A stretch of 63,532 bases of DNA, filler included, from Rhabdomonas costata (lineage: Eukaryota), in NCBI GenBank assembly GCA_019059605.1. It is 27 parts of 27 records of this genome, joined end to end, with 100 filler letters (N's around TTAATTAATTAA, not from the genome) between each part and the next. Parts side by side here need not be neighbours in the genome. Positions count along the whole stretch, not along the records: positions 1 to 2,276 come from JAHMHO010004465.1; positions 2,377 to 4,635 come from JAHMHO010004466.1; positions 4,736 to 6,993 come from JAHMHO010004467.1; positions 7,094 to 9,348 come from JAHMHO010004468.1; positions 9,449 to 11,705 come from JAHMHO010004469.1; positions 11,806 to 14,062 come from JAHMHO010004470.1; 21 more parts are not named here. One strand, written 5' to 3'. Positions 1 through 12,023 of the stretch are shown piece by piece. Both the position numbers and the translations under genes were made by a program. Positions within the stretch are counted from its first letter, which is position 1. The number at the start of each line of letters is the position of its first letter. Under the pieces are notes generated by a model. The model saw nothing but the letters and a program-made list of their open reading frames with translations, was not told the DNA's origin and searched no databases.

Positions 1-150
1 GGGCGTGGGTGGGAACGCGCACAACCTGAGAATGAAGAAGAGGCAGCGTCGGCGTGCGGTCGTGCGTGAGGTTGGCGATGCGCAGGATGCCCACCCCCCT
101 GCATCTGCATCTGCTGCTGCTGCTGCTTCTGGCGGTGCTGGAGCCCCTCG

Positions 151-232
151 GTGTGTGTGTGTGTGTTTGTTTGTTTGTTTGTTTGTTTGTTTGTTTGTTT
201 GTTTGTTTGTGTGTGTGTGTGTGTGTGTGTGT
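151..232. repeat. Compound microsatellite (GT)n(GTTT)n(GT)n
   Basis: Directly visible; it explains the spurious CVCV/LFVC ORFs 5..298 and 54..248. Confidence 0.95.
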
Positions 233-589
233 GGTGTACACTTCATGATATACGTGGGCGATGCAGATTGCACAGCACTTGATGTGCCACAACAGTGAAT
301 GCCTTATTGTCTGTGTTCAGCGAGTGGTGTACAGTGTCGGACGCTCCCGAGGTTAAACTTTGAACTTTCTAGCAGAGTTAGTAGAGAGTGGTAGAGAGTA
401 GTAGAGCAGTAGAGACTCAACGGGGTTCAAGACGGAGCAATCAGACCGCACGAGACAGGACAGGACAAAGACCACTCGGGATCTTTTTCAATGATAAAAA
501 TGACATAGAAAAGCTGCGGTGCAACTTTTGGCAGGGTTTGCACAAGAGCTGAAAAGAAATGGAGAAGAAACAGACAAGTAGTGACACAC

Positions 590-2113
590 CTTCAGGATGT
601 CCGCGGGGATCTTGGTGTTCAGCTTCGCGGCGTCGCCTTTCCCCAGGAAGATGAAGTCCCAGACCTCGTCGGTGAGGTCCTGCGGTGTGATGCCGTAGGG
701 CCCAGGCTTCTGGCCGTCCAGGTTGACCGATGTGGAAGAAGTCTGTCACACACCCCAACCCGCACCCACAGCCACCCACACCCCGTCAATAACCACTCTG
801 CATTGCTGGGAAGCATTGGGACACGGGAGTGGCTTCCACCTTGCCCTACCCAGCCTCGAAGTGTGCTGAGATTTGAATTCGCAGGACGGCTTGAAGAATT
901 TCAGGACGGCTGCAACGGTTACTGGTTGCCAATGTTCCAAATCTCACCAGGACAAAGAATGCCATCTCTTTTCCGTCTGACTGAGAAGAAGCAGCCGCGA
1001 AAGGTGGGAAGGGACGCCCACCTGACCCGGAGGGGGACCCTGCAGGAAGTGCGCGATGGTGTAGTAGGCCATGTAGATCGTCGAATCGGATAGCGAGTCG
1101 ATCACGAACTTCTCCGCCTCAGGGAAGGGCAGCCTACGGAGGAACCGTAAAGGGAACAGTGATGTTTCGGGAGTGGAGGGTCACTGTGGCCACGTTCAAC
1201 ACACAGCGTTTCGAGCTTCACAGCGCATACCTGCCATTGTTTGAGGGGAGTGTGGTATGGATATGGCTGTGAAGGATATCTGCGGGATAGGGAAAACCGT
1301 CAGACAGGACGTTCCTTCTGACCTTTCCGTGGTGACTAACCATTATAATACTCTACTCTACTCTACTAAAAGTTTTCGACTTTGAAACACCAAGAACCAC
1401 ATGAGTTCACAGGGAGCAGTTGCGCACGATCAACGCATGCCGGCAGGCACGTGCCACACAAGCAAAAAAGAACATCCAGGATGAGGTTGGTGGAAAAGCA
1501 GCAGTATACAGCGAGCCTCCCGAAACGCTGCGTGGGCGGTCCTTAGAATCCAAATTTTCTGGAAAAAGACAGAGGAAGGACGGGAGGGCGGCTGGCAGCG
1601 CACTTCGTGCCCAGGCCGAAGGTCCGCGAGCAGGCCCACTCGGTGAGCCACCCCACGGTCTCCTCGAAGCCCCTGCGGGTGCCCGTGGTGTAGCACTCCA
1701 GCGTGGAGGCCACGTGGTCCGCAACCTTCTGCTTCCACTGTGAGCACGGGCGCCACAGAGAAGGCAGCTGGGTTGGAGAAAAGTGAGCACAAGGGGGCAA
1801 AGTGGAGCGATGGTATCTGTGCGGTATGCAAAAGCACCGCCTGCTAGGGAGAAGATATTTCTCCACAAAAGAAGTTTCTGCGTGCCAATGGGCAAAGGTT
1901 GCCGAACCGAACCTGTGCAGTTATGCTGCGAACTTTGTAGCTTGCTTCCTGTGCGGTGTTGAGGAATAGAATGCAAAAGCGGAGTTTCGGCTCCGCAGAC
2001 CTCGGGATTGGAGCCGTACTTGATGTACCACTGGTCGGTAAGGGCTACCACACACTCATCGCCAGAGCGGCTGATCACCCGGCTCTCCGGCTCGCTGTAG
2101 CTCAGCGCCAGCC
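590..2113 (-). CDS. LARS1: Cytosolic leucyl-tRNA synthetase, internal fragment (4 exons)
   Basis: Exons 2113-2001, 1737-1604, 1133-1022 and 742-590, all GT-AG with matching phases. They give [80 protein letters not shown], hallmark eukaryote/archaeal-type LeuRS motifs. Confidence 0.95.
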
Positions 2114-2276
2114 CTGGGTAAGCAGAGGGAAAGCGTGCAAACCAAGAAAACTCATTCAGTGAACACTGGCACAGGTCACCTCTCCCCCTTGTCATTTCGA
2201 AGAGGCTTGCTTCAGTTACCTGACCTTTTGCCAGCTAATAATAAGAGCGATGTTTGATACGTTATTTATTACCCCC

Positions 2277-2376
2277 NNNNNNNNNNNNNNNNNNNNNNNN
2301 NNNNNNNNNNNNNNNNNNNNTTAATTAATTAANNNNNNNNNNNNNNNNNNNNNNNNNNNNNNNNNNNNNNNNNNNN
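2277..2376. other. Artificial contig spacer N44-TTAATTAATTAA-N44 (first of 26)
   Basis: Identical 100-nt linker with stops in all six frames. The others start at 4636, 6994, 9349, 11706, 14063, 16422, 18780, 21137, 23495, 25850, 28206, 30560, 32917, 35274, 37621, 39977, 42335, 44691, 47047, 49408, 51761, 54117, 56473, 58823 and 61178. Confidence 0.99.
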
Positions 2377-2399
2377 GTTGGTTTGTTTGCTTCTCGTAG

Positions 2400-3329
2400 G
2401 TTGAAGCCGTGGACACACTGAAGGAGCTTCATCCCAAGGAGTTCGGGTATGGAACTCCGCCTGCTGAAGCCCTGGCTGTGGTGACAAGGAGAATCCTGAA
2501 TAATTTGCTATTTGACCTGACGCGGAGCACAATGTCTTGCAAGATCACGTGTTAATTTGAGAAGAATTTGTGTTATTTTTTATAGAGCAGAGGAACACTT
2601 GTCACGGCAATGGTTGCCAACAAGGTCAACGTTCGAAGTTCTAGGACACGAAAACACAGGGCGGGGGGAGTGCTGCGGATGTGTTGCCCAAGAAAGGAAA
2701 CGCAGCTGCGAGAAAACAACAGTCGTTGTGCGCAGCGTCCAAAGGAGTATTTTGCCCTGCCTTGAATTGCCCCCGCATCGTGGGTTGTGCATGGACAACT
2801 TCAGGTACTACCTCTGCGTGGCAAATCCTCCACAGGGGTGGATTCAAGGTCTGTGCGTCGTGCTATGCTTTCTGGGTTGCAACGAGCTTCCTTCTTAACT
2901 GTAAGCTCTTGAGAACGACCCTCAGGAAAAGTGCGAAATCTGCATCCTCAATGTCTCCCACCTCTCCATTTTTACTTCTTCCAATTCTTCTAACCTCCAG
3001 TGTTTTTCGGTGCTGTGCCGGACTGTGGACAAACGATTCAAAAAACGATTCAATGTCTTATCGTCACGCAACTGTCTTTTTTCGCCAACGACAGTGCAAA
3101 CGGCAGATGGCGCCAATTTGATTTGTTGCTGGACCGTTGTGATTGTTGCTTTTGTGCCCGCACGTTTATAGGAGTGGGTTACATCGACGCGGAGATGATG
3201 AAGCAGAAGCTTCCCCCTCCCGGGGAAGATGTGCTGATCGTGATATGTGGTCCCCCGCGGATGTGTGAGATTATGAAGGGTAACCTCAAGAAGCTTGGAT
3301 ACGCAGACCACATGGTGTTTTCGTACTAA
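2400..3329 (+). CDS. NADH-cytochrome b5 reductase-family (FNR-like) oxidoreductase, 3' end (3 exons)
   Basis: Exons 2400-2446, 2805-2848 and 3172-3329 (GT-AG, phases consistent) give VEAVDTLKELHPKEFGYYLCVANPPQGWIQGVGYIDAEMMKQKLPPPGEDVLIVICGPPRMCEIMKGNLKKLGYADHMVFSY*. The CGPP motif and aromatic C-terminus are typical of b5R. Confidence 0.9.
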
Positions 3330-4867
3330 ACTCCTTTCCCGGCGTCGGCGAGCTGCAAAACTGCAAGTTACCCTTTTCCCCAAAGGAGCACTCACATGAC
3401 TATGTGCTGTTTCATATTGATTTCGAGGACTGTAGCTCTACACCCCACCCCTACCCCATCCCACCCTACCCCAACCATACTCTCGGTCCTCACGTCTGTT
3501 GGAAAGCTTCTTCTCGACTGACTGTGAGGGTCGCTGCAGTGGCATGTTCAGAAATGTACACGGAAAGGCTGCGGTCGTTCCGTGAATTTTGTCTTTCATC
3601 TGGTGGGCGTCTGAGCTCGTTGTGGAGGATAGAAGGTGGTCGGAGGATGCTAATGGTAAGCTGGACGCTGTGAGTTTCGTTGCGAATATCAACGGCATCG
3701 TATCGATTTCATTTGCGATAAGGGAACAAACAGAAATTCAAAATTGGTGACCAAATTAATCCGGAATTTGACGAGGGCGAGCGGACTGAGGATTTTTTTT
3801 GGGGGGGGGGGAGGTTAATCGTTGAACGCTGGTAACTGTTAGATCGAATATTACTAAACCTAAAAATCATCATATCATGAGTGCACTGGCGCAGTCTACC
3901 TACCTAATAACATCATCTGGTAGGCAAAGGCACACCTAACCTAACCCCCTTGCTCAGAGAATAACTGTGTTTAATGGTGTCAAACTTTTTGATACCGTTG
4001 AAAACAGAACTTAAATCCCCCCGCCTCATCAGGCCCCTCCTGCCGCGCCGCGGGCTGGCATCAACCCTAAAGTAATACTCCCAATCGACCGGTAAGATCA
4101 AACATTCTATCGTTTAGCCCCCCACCTTCAATACAGTTGTCCCGAGGATGGGATTGTGTTGGGGGTTTCGAAACGCCAGTTCCCTCTAAAACATGGATCG
4201 CTTTTGGTATGCGTCGCCATGTAAGTTCCCGCCCCCCGGGGACTGGCCTCCCCTGATTGGCCTGTGCTGGCAAGCCCGCTGTGTTCTCACTCGCTACATG
4301 GGCACTCTGACGCGATCCCATCCTCGGAATACGGAGCTCCTTTGCCAGTATACGTGTGAGGGGGCAAGGGTAGGGTGACATGGTGCACCCGGGATACCCG
4401 AGCCACATGGCGTGCGGGAAGATGTGGCCGAGTGACTCCTTCAAGTGACTCCTTGAAGTCCTTGGTGTGTCTGGACCTCCTGCGCGTTCACCAGGCGCCC
4501 ATGATGACCCCTCCGGGCTGCTGAGTTGACGCCGCAGTTCCCATTTCGGGGTACCTGTGAGCTGAGTGCTGATGGCAAAGAACAGTAACACAGCCAGCAA
4601 CATATACACGATTGGACAAGGTTAACCCCCACCCANNNNNNNNNNNNNNNNNNNNNNNNNNNNNNNNNNNNNNNNNNNNTTAATTAATTAANNNNNNNNN
4701 NNNNNNNNNNNNNNNNNNNNNNNNNNNNNNNNNNNGGTGGTTTTTAATTCAGTTGACACATTTCTGAGGTGAGGCTCTCCGTCCTGCCTGCTTTCTATTT
4801 TTGTTGCTTTGCACGTTGTATGACGGGAAAGTGACCGATACAACCTTGTATTGACCTTTCACCAAAG

Positions 4868-5070
4868 GGATGTGCGAGATGGTCACCCTGCGCGCCGTGG
4901 CCACGGGGGCAGTGGTGGGCCACTACTCTGTCGGGGCCTCAACAACCTTTCGGGAGCTGCTGCCCGAATCCCTGCGCCAGTTTGGGGAGTGGGAGTTCCT
5001 CTCTGGCAACCCTTCTGTCACCGCGCCCTCGCCCACCACAGGCCCGCGAAGGTACTTTTCCAAGGCACAG
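4868..5070 (+). CDS. Probable exon of an unidentified protein
   Basis: AAG acceptor, GC-rich open frame MCEMVTLRAVATG..RRYFSKAQ, then CAG|GT. The end weakly resembles a cytochrome b5 N-terminus, but no continuation was found. Confidence 0.35.
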
Positions 5071-7335
5071 GTCCGGCGGAGCATTGCTGCCCCACGAGCA
5101 GAGGTATGGGTGATGCAGACCCCTGCCTCAGGGCTGCGCTAAGTACGAAGGCTTCACCTTGGAGTTTGAGGTTAGGGCTGTGCTTTGTGTTTGGATGGAA
5201 TTTTTTGTTGGTCTCCTTCTCCACGCTAGCACTCTTGGAACGTGCGTGTATATCCTTCCACGCACATGCATACACGTTTTTTCCATCGCCATTGGCGGAG
5301 GCTTTTGCCCTCCCCAAGCTGTTGTGTTCGCGGAGAGCACTTCTGCGCGGGGTCCCCCAGGACGATTGGCGGATTCCCCAAGCGCACCTTGGAAGTCGTT
5401 CTAATTCAATTGCTGACCTCCTCGTGCGGTTCTGCGAAGCCTGTACCTTTGTTCCTTGTTTTGCTGTGCATCGCACCGAAACTCAGTGCGCGCGTTCGTG
5501 TGGTTCGTGTGGAAGGTTAGTTAGTTCTCCCCGGTAGCCCTGTGGAGCAGCGCGCGTCCCCGAGCCCTTTCTTCCATCCTCTTTGATGTACAGACGTGGT
5601 TCCGGTCCGTGAGGAGCCCTCGCTCGCTGCGCTGTTCCTGTGATGGAACGTATATACCGCGTTTTCTTGAGAGTGGTTTCCAGGTATTGCTCGGTGGCTG
5701 GCCGTACACTACCCACCCCATCGCTTTGTCTTAAAGGCCAGCTGGCGTGCCACTGCCTCTACTTTTGTCCTCCCAACTTTCCTCCGTGCCCTTCGTTTCA
5801 TTTCCTGCCTACATCCATCAGCTTCTGCGCCTTCTGTACTATGCGGTGTTCGTTCTTTTGCTTCTCTCCGCTTGCCATGCGCCCCCCTCCCTATGCATCG
5901 AATTAAAGTGCGCAGTTTCCTCACACTCAATTGCACGCCCCCCACACTCCTTTCCAGTTGTGGCTTCCCACTACTCCATTCTCTCTCTCTCCACCTCCCG
6001 TATGTTTGGCTCTCCTCACCCTGTGTGAAAATGCGTAAAGAAGACGACGAAGCTTGCAGCACCCTCTCTTATCACTGATGTTTTTCGTCCTCTCCTCCCT
6101 TCTCTGATGGTGACGCTCCTTCCCAGTATCCTGATGGGAAGTAGCAAACCTTTTTTGAATGAGAAGTTGAGCTATCCATAGCAGTGCGAGTTTATTTCTT
6201 TTTCGTTGTGCCTTTCTGCTCACCCCGATTGTGCGTTACAGCGATTTCGAACGGAAACCTAGACCTCTCGCAGCACTTGCATCGGTCCCTTTTGCTTCCG
6301 CGTAGCCTGGGAACCCGAATCATATGTGAAGGTCACATTGTTTCCATTGTCCCGCCCCATTGCGCAGTTTTCGATTGCCTGTCGCCCAATGCCCATGCCT
6401 TTTTTGCCCTGACTGCTTGGGCAGTATGCACCAAAATGGTTGAAGCATTCGTCCTGGGTGCAATGGGACTGCGGACTCTCCCCCAAAAATGGGGCCCGTC
6501 GTCCCATGACCGTTGTCTTTGGATAAGCGAGGTGCACTGAACACGTTTTTGTCCGATTCTCCCCTACACCTTACTTGCGCCTTTCTTCCGCTTCCTCCAA
6601 TCCTCCCCCTCCCTCTCTCTCTCATTCAGGCAGCACTGTGTTTCTTGGAAGCTCTGTGGTTGTCCGTATTCCGCGCAGCCTTTCCTCCACCACTGTGAGT
6701 CTCAGGGGCAGGAGACTCCTTTTTTGTCGGCTTCACGTTTGAAGTCTTCGCACCTCTCGCTGATTCATCCGTATTAATTCAAATCAGAAGTCATTGATTC
6801 TAGTGCGATATCCGGCGGCGACTTTTTTGAGCGCTCAAGGAAAATGAACGGAACGGGTAGGCTTGAAATGGCGCACAACATCCTGGTTGCCTTTGGCTAT
6901 CGCGCTGATGGTTTACAAAGTGACTGCTCCACTCTAGCTTAACCACCAAGTCCAAAATGGTGCGATTTTGTACTACTTTTTCTCCCCACAACCNNNNNNN
7001 NNNNNNNNNNNNNNNNNNNNNNNNNNNNNNNNNNNNNTTAATTAATTAANNNNNNNNNNNNNNNNNNNNNNNNNNNNNNNNNNNNNNNNNNNNCACGAAC
7101 CGCTTTTTCCTGAACCTCGCTCAAATCAAATGAAAAAAATCTGGATGGATTCTTCTTTTTTTTTTTTGCCGCCCTCTTCCATTCCTCATATTCTTCTCTG
7201 TTTTTCCATTCTTCCCTTCTCCTCCACACACACGCACTCTCCCCTGGCATTGTGCTGCCGCTGAACATTCACGTTTCTTCTATTCGTGTCGTCATTCATG
7301 AGAAACCTGGGGAACTCGCATCTACACTCCTTCAG

Positions 7336-9265
7336 GTTCTGCCTGACCACGGGCTGTGTGTCGTCGTCCTAGACATTGTCAAGGCTCTCGATGCTGTGGT
7401 GCAGGTGGGGCTTGGCTCGCAGTGGGTGCGGGTGGAGTTCCGGGAGGTCGTCTTCCGTCCCCTCCCCGAGGAGATCATTGTATGCCCCCACTCACATCTC
7501 TTAAAAATGCTAATTATAAAGACCGAAGAAGGGAGAGAGAGGATCGGGCCCCTGAACGCAGCGTTGTGTAGGCTTGTGTCAGGATAAAACATTTGACGAC
7601 GACGGTCTCAGGATAGTTTGTGTGCAGGAGTCTATGAGGAGATTTGAGATTCGTCCTTTCACCACATCGCCATTATTTTCCGTTTTTATGACAGCGAATG
7701 AGTGCTTCCCTCCCCCGTGCCCTTCAGATTCCAACTTCCGGATCTCTACTGTACCGATGTGCCTTTTTGGCCATGCCGATGCAGCAATCTTGCCAAACTT
7801 TTTTTTTTGCTGTTTTTATAACAGCAAATCTTGCTTGAATTTAAGTGTCGGTCAAGGATCATTACCTGTTTGCCGGTTTATTGAAGTGTGTGCGGGCGCG
7901 GACTTCGCAACCTGTGCATCTTACTCGTTTTGATTTCCCATTTTTCACGCGACGCTGCTCACAGGCGGGCAAGGTTGCTCATTCTGACTACTCGGGGGTG
8001 ATGGGTACGCAGCCCCCAACTCCCTCCTTGTCGCCGCGCTGCCTAATTAAGCGCAGAGATCCAAGAAGTTCCGAGGCCATTGAGAGACTTCGCACTGTCC
8101 CGGCTAAGTGTGAAAAGAAAACGCCCATCCCACTGGTGGTGCTGCAGGACGGGGCGGCTCTTTTGTTTTGTTGGTGATGAACTGGGGCCATTGTTTTTGT
8201 CTGATTGTGGGATTCGTGGTCCAGCCTCTGTTTGTTGATTACCTTTGTTCATTGCCCGTCAGTGTCACTAGGGTTCTTCAAGGACATCCACGTTCCCCCG
8301 CACCTTATGCAGGAGCCCTCTGTGTTGTATGTGGCGCTCCTCCTTCTGTTTCCATCCCCCCCCTCTCGGTCTCCCTCTCGGTCTCGTTTCCAGGAGTCCA
8401 GTCAGCTCTTCCCTTTTTTGCTTGTTAGTCAATAGCAGTTGACATCATCTCTCCTCAAAGTTGGGATGCCTTAAGATGACGTTTTTTGCAATGGTACACC
8501 AAGAAGTGCTGTCTAAGACGGACCACGGGATGTGGCCCTCACTACTTCTCAGTATTTCTGGGCTTGCGCCGCAGTGACGAAGGGTGCGGGCTGTGGATCT
8601 GGCAGACCACCGATGAGGATGGGGTGTCTCTGCAGCTTCCGCTTCTGCTGGGCGCGGACGTGCTCTTCCGGGTCTGACGCTCCTCTCCTATCTCTCACGT
8701 TACATCATTCATGGCATTCGGACTCAGTATATCTATGGATGCAAGTGGGGTCATCTCGCGTGTTTGTTCATGTTTACTACTCGGCCTAAGTTCCCGTAAG
8801 CTCTTGCTCTCTCGCCCTCATTGGGTTGGACGTATAAGCAACTTCCCCACACGGATCGCTATCGCTATGTTCGAGCTATCGCTATGCTGACAACAGCTCC
8901 ATCGCTGCGTTGGCATCTTACACATATGTTATTTGCGTGTCTTGTCTCCCTCTCATGGATGTAAATGTGTATTTATCACCCCTGTCTCCTTCCCTCCTCC
9001 TCCTCCTGTGAGCTTGCTGATCTCGTCTCCGTTGTGAGTATTGCATTCTTATTACCAAGCCCAGGACGCTCCTGCGTTTGTTGTTTCCCCCCTTTTAAAG
9101 GTTAAGGAGGTGGTGATTGAGCGTGCCGAGCACTGCGAAGCCCCAGACCCCGCCAGCGCGGCCGCCGATGATCGGCGCCACCACAAAGATAAGGCCAAGG
9201 CCAAGGCGGACGACAGTCGGCCGGAGCAGGTCAAGCCACCGGCGCGGTGCCCCATGCGAGTGGTG
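7336..9265 (+). CDS. POLR3H: RNA polymerase III subunit RPC8/Rpc25 (Rpb7 family), 5 internal exons
   Basis: Exons 7336-7479, 7965-8004, 8263-8326, 8575-8671 and 9101-9265 splice in frame: VLPDHGLCVVVLDI..VEFREVVFRPLPEEIIAGKV..GVMVSLGFFKDIHVPP..FDEGCGLWIW..VLFRVKEV. This matches the RPC8 pattern GLC..FRxVVFRP..VSLGFFDDI..WVW..IRFRV. Confidence 0.9.
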
Positions 9266-9465
9266 GTCTGTTGTGTTGCCTGCATGAGTTCCCTCTTCCT
9301 TTTGCTTCAGTGCACTTCTCATTATCAGATCATGACTCTGTAAAACCCNNNNNNNNNNNNNNNNNNNNNNNNNNNNNNNNNNNNNNNNNNNNTTAATTAA
9401 TTAANNNNNNNNNNNNNNNNNNNNNNNNNNNNNNNNNNNNNNNNNNNNACCTGCTTGATCGCTTG

Positions 9466-11510
9466 CTAGCATCTTGCAAAGCCTCGCTTAGCCAGCAGCA
9501 CCACGAAGGGCAGCGCCTCGAGGCCTGCTGTGGGGAGGTTCCGGAAGTGCTGCAGCACGGCGTGGCACCTGTTGGCCAGGCCCCAGGCCACGGCCAGCGC
9601 CGTGGAGTACCCCAGAGCCGAGGGGCGAAGTAGCAGGGCAGTCCGGGTGCAGGTCTGGGCCGCGGCAAAGGCCTGCGCCGGTGCAGCGGGAAAGGTCAGG
9701 CCCAAGGCAGTCCACCAAAAAGGGGGAGTTCGGAGACAAAGGCAGGACAGAAAAGGGGTGCATCAAAAAGAGGCGTGGGCCAGGCTTGAGAGCAGGATCA
9801 TTCTCCCCCCATCTTTCCATCACACATGTGCTTTTATGCTCACGACAGTAAATCACAGTAAATCAGAAACCAGTTGAGACTGGGCGACGACTGGCTGGTT
9901 GGCTGGCTTGGATGGCTGGGTTTTGTTTGGGGACTCACAGCCAGCTCCTCCTTGCTTGTTATCCTTTTTGTGGAGGACAGATTTCCTTCAAGTAATGAGT
10001 AAGTAATGAGGTGCGTTAGAGATCGAGATCCGGACATTGTGACCGCACAGCCCTGCGGATGCAATCCAGGCATCCAGCCTTTCGATCACTGTGCGAGTTA
10101 CCTTGAATGTTTTTCCATTCCCCCTGTCCTGATGATGATGATAATGATGATGATGATGATGATGATGCCAGGGGCTGTTGTGACCCAATGTAGCCCAACG
10201 CTTCGACAAATCGCTGAACCCGTATAATTAATCATACACCCGAAAGCAATCCAAGACGGCTAAGCAGCTGAGAAAACTCCCAAGCACACAGGTGCCAGGA
10301 AAAAAGTCGGCAACTAATACAAGCACACCGGGCAGAGAAGCTGGCTGGGGCCGGAGGAGCTGCTGGGGCTAAGCCCGGCCAAGAGGTCCTTGCTTACCGC
10401 GAAGGTCTCCCGAGGCAGCGCCCTTCGAAACACCGCCAGCTCGAGCTCCACTCGACTCTCCGGACCCTGTGGGAGCCATCCCCCCCCACACACACACATA
10501 AATTGGTGGATAGGTATCGTACCAAAAATTCAAACCTGGCAAGCATCTAAAATCATCATGAAAATCAACATTAGGAAAGGCAAATCAAGGCCTGCATTGT
10601 CCTGCTCGACGAGCTCGACTACTGTCCTTCCAGTATAGCTCTTGGCATGCGCACACCGCAACAAAGAAAAAGCGTCGAAGTTAGGGTGGTCAGCTCAAAC
10701 GCGGCAAAAGAAACACTGGTAAGACAAAATGAGGTGCGTTAAAGTCGCACCCTGTGAGCGGACCCTCAGCCTGTTGTGGGTGGACGGGAACTGGTGGTTC
10801 CAGTGGGACTTCTGGGACTTCTGCTGCAGACGACTTGCTTAGCTGGCCATATTTGCGTCTAAATTTAGCGATCCTTCTCTTGAGTTCGAGTTATCTATTT
10901 GCACAACTTCTCACCATGGCTCCATGTTTGCAATGCAGCCCACGCCTTTACTTCTGTGCTTCCCCTCACTTCTCCTTCCCTTTATTCTGGTGCTGTGATT
11001 CGTTGCCTCAAGTACGATTAATTTTCTGCGAACTGGCGCTAGATCCCTCTGGCTACACTTCGCCACCACCCTATGAAACACTAACCCCAACAGCGTGATT
11101 GGAAGGGGTATGGCGCAGTGGCCAAAGTCCAGCCAAGGCAAATACGACGCTGGTGCTTCTGAGATTCTGCACTCAATACATTTCAGAGTCTCTCGCCAGA
11201 CAAGTTCGCATGAATCACGAACAAAAGAAACAACCACCGCATGGGAAACCCATGGCAGGTGGGGAGGAGCGTCGGGTATCGGCATTAGTAGTGATTTCTG
11301 CAGTTGCTGCAGACCGGCAAGGTGAGAGTAGAGTGCCGCAAGGCTGCTGGGGCCACTACCGATGACGCCATGAGACCAAAGTGGGCCCGAGGCACGCAGC
11401 GGGAGCAGGGGAAGCCCACACAGAGGGGATCCTGAAACAAAAGAGCCTTGATCTGCACCGGAGCACGGGTCTATAAACCGAACCGGCTGCAAGGAAAGGT
11501 TTTGACTCAT
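9466..11510 (-). CDS. Hypothetical multi-exon gene, fragment
   Basis: Phase-0 exon 10466-10329 (GPESRVELELAVFRRALP..) joins an exon starting at 9672 (AFAAAQTCTRTALLLR..). ATG ORF 11510-10911 may be the first exon. No family recognised and linkage is uncertain. Confidence 0.4.
10130..10167. repeat. (GAT)n microsatellite
   Basis: About 12 units with one interruption; source of the poly-H/M/S ORFs. Confidence 0.9.
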
Positions 11511-12023
11511 GGAAACGTCTGCTTCAGGTTACCCTGTTAATTGATACATGAGCGGCGCTCATGCGGCGCTCATGTTAAAGCACAACTCAAGGGGAGCTTC
11601 CAACTTGGGACAGGCAAAGAGCGATGGGGCTTAAGGGCGCTCTGCGGCTTTCAAGTAGACGTTGTTCAATAACTTGAACATTCCTAAGCATCTGAACAAC
11701 CCACCNNNNNNNNNNNNNNNNNNNNNNNNNNNNNNNNNNNNNNNNNNNNTTAATTAATTAANNNNNNNNNNNNNNNNNNNNNNNNNNNNNNNNNNNNNNN
11801 NNNNNGGTTGGTGGGGCAATGCACCACTACAGCCGGATTTTACAAGTCTTTGGTTACTAACTATGACCCTGACAGCTGCTTGCAAAAGCAGACAGCAGTG
11901 AGAGAATCAGCCAGTGAAGGTCTAATGCGGTGTTCTTCTCTTTCAGGTTCAGGTTTAGGGGGTGTTTGGAGCCCAGATTGTGTTGAAAATGTGGTTATGC
12001 AATGTAAGCCCTTTTTCGCGCAG

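Noticed and set aside
25..146. Possible minus-strand exon (LQHRQKQQQQQMQMQGVGILRIANL..) downstream of the LeuRS exons
   Set aside because: It does not match the expected next LeuRS sequence, lies next to a microsatellite, and cannot be assigned.
2277..2376. Regularly spaced identical TTAATTAATTAA units resembling a CRISPR-like or tandem array, and ORFs ending in X..LIN
   Set aside because: They are artificial N-padded linkers, and the even spacing reflects contigs of similar length.
3990..4060. GC-rich segment with CTGATGAG (minus strand) and a GGC-CCCTCCT-GCC loop, suggesting a hammerhead or HDV-like ribozyme
   Set aside because: No GAAA after a stem II, and no P1/P2 partners for an HDV fold.
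4067..4609. 180-aa minus-strand ORF
   Set aside because: No recognisable domain, codon bias or splice structure.
4758..4775. CATTTCTGAG, resembling part of the euglenid spliced leader
   Set aside because: Only about 8 nt match, and the rest of the leader and SL RNA is absent.
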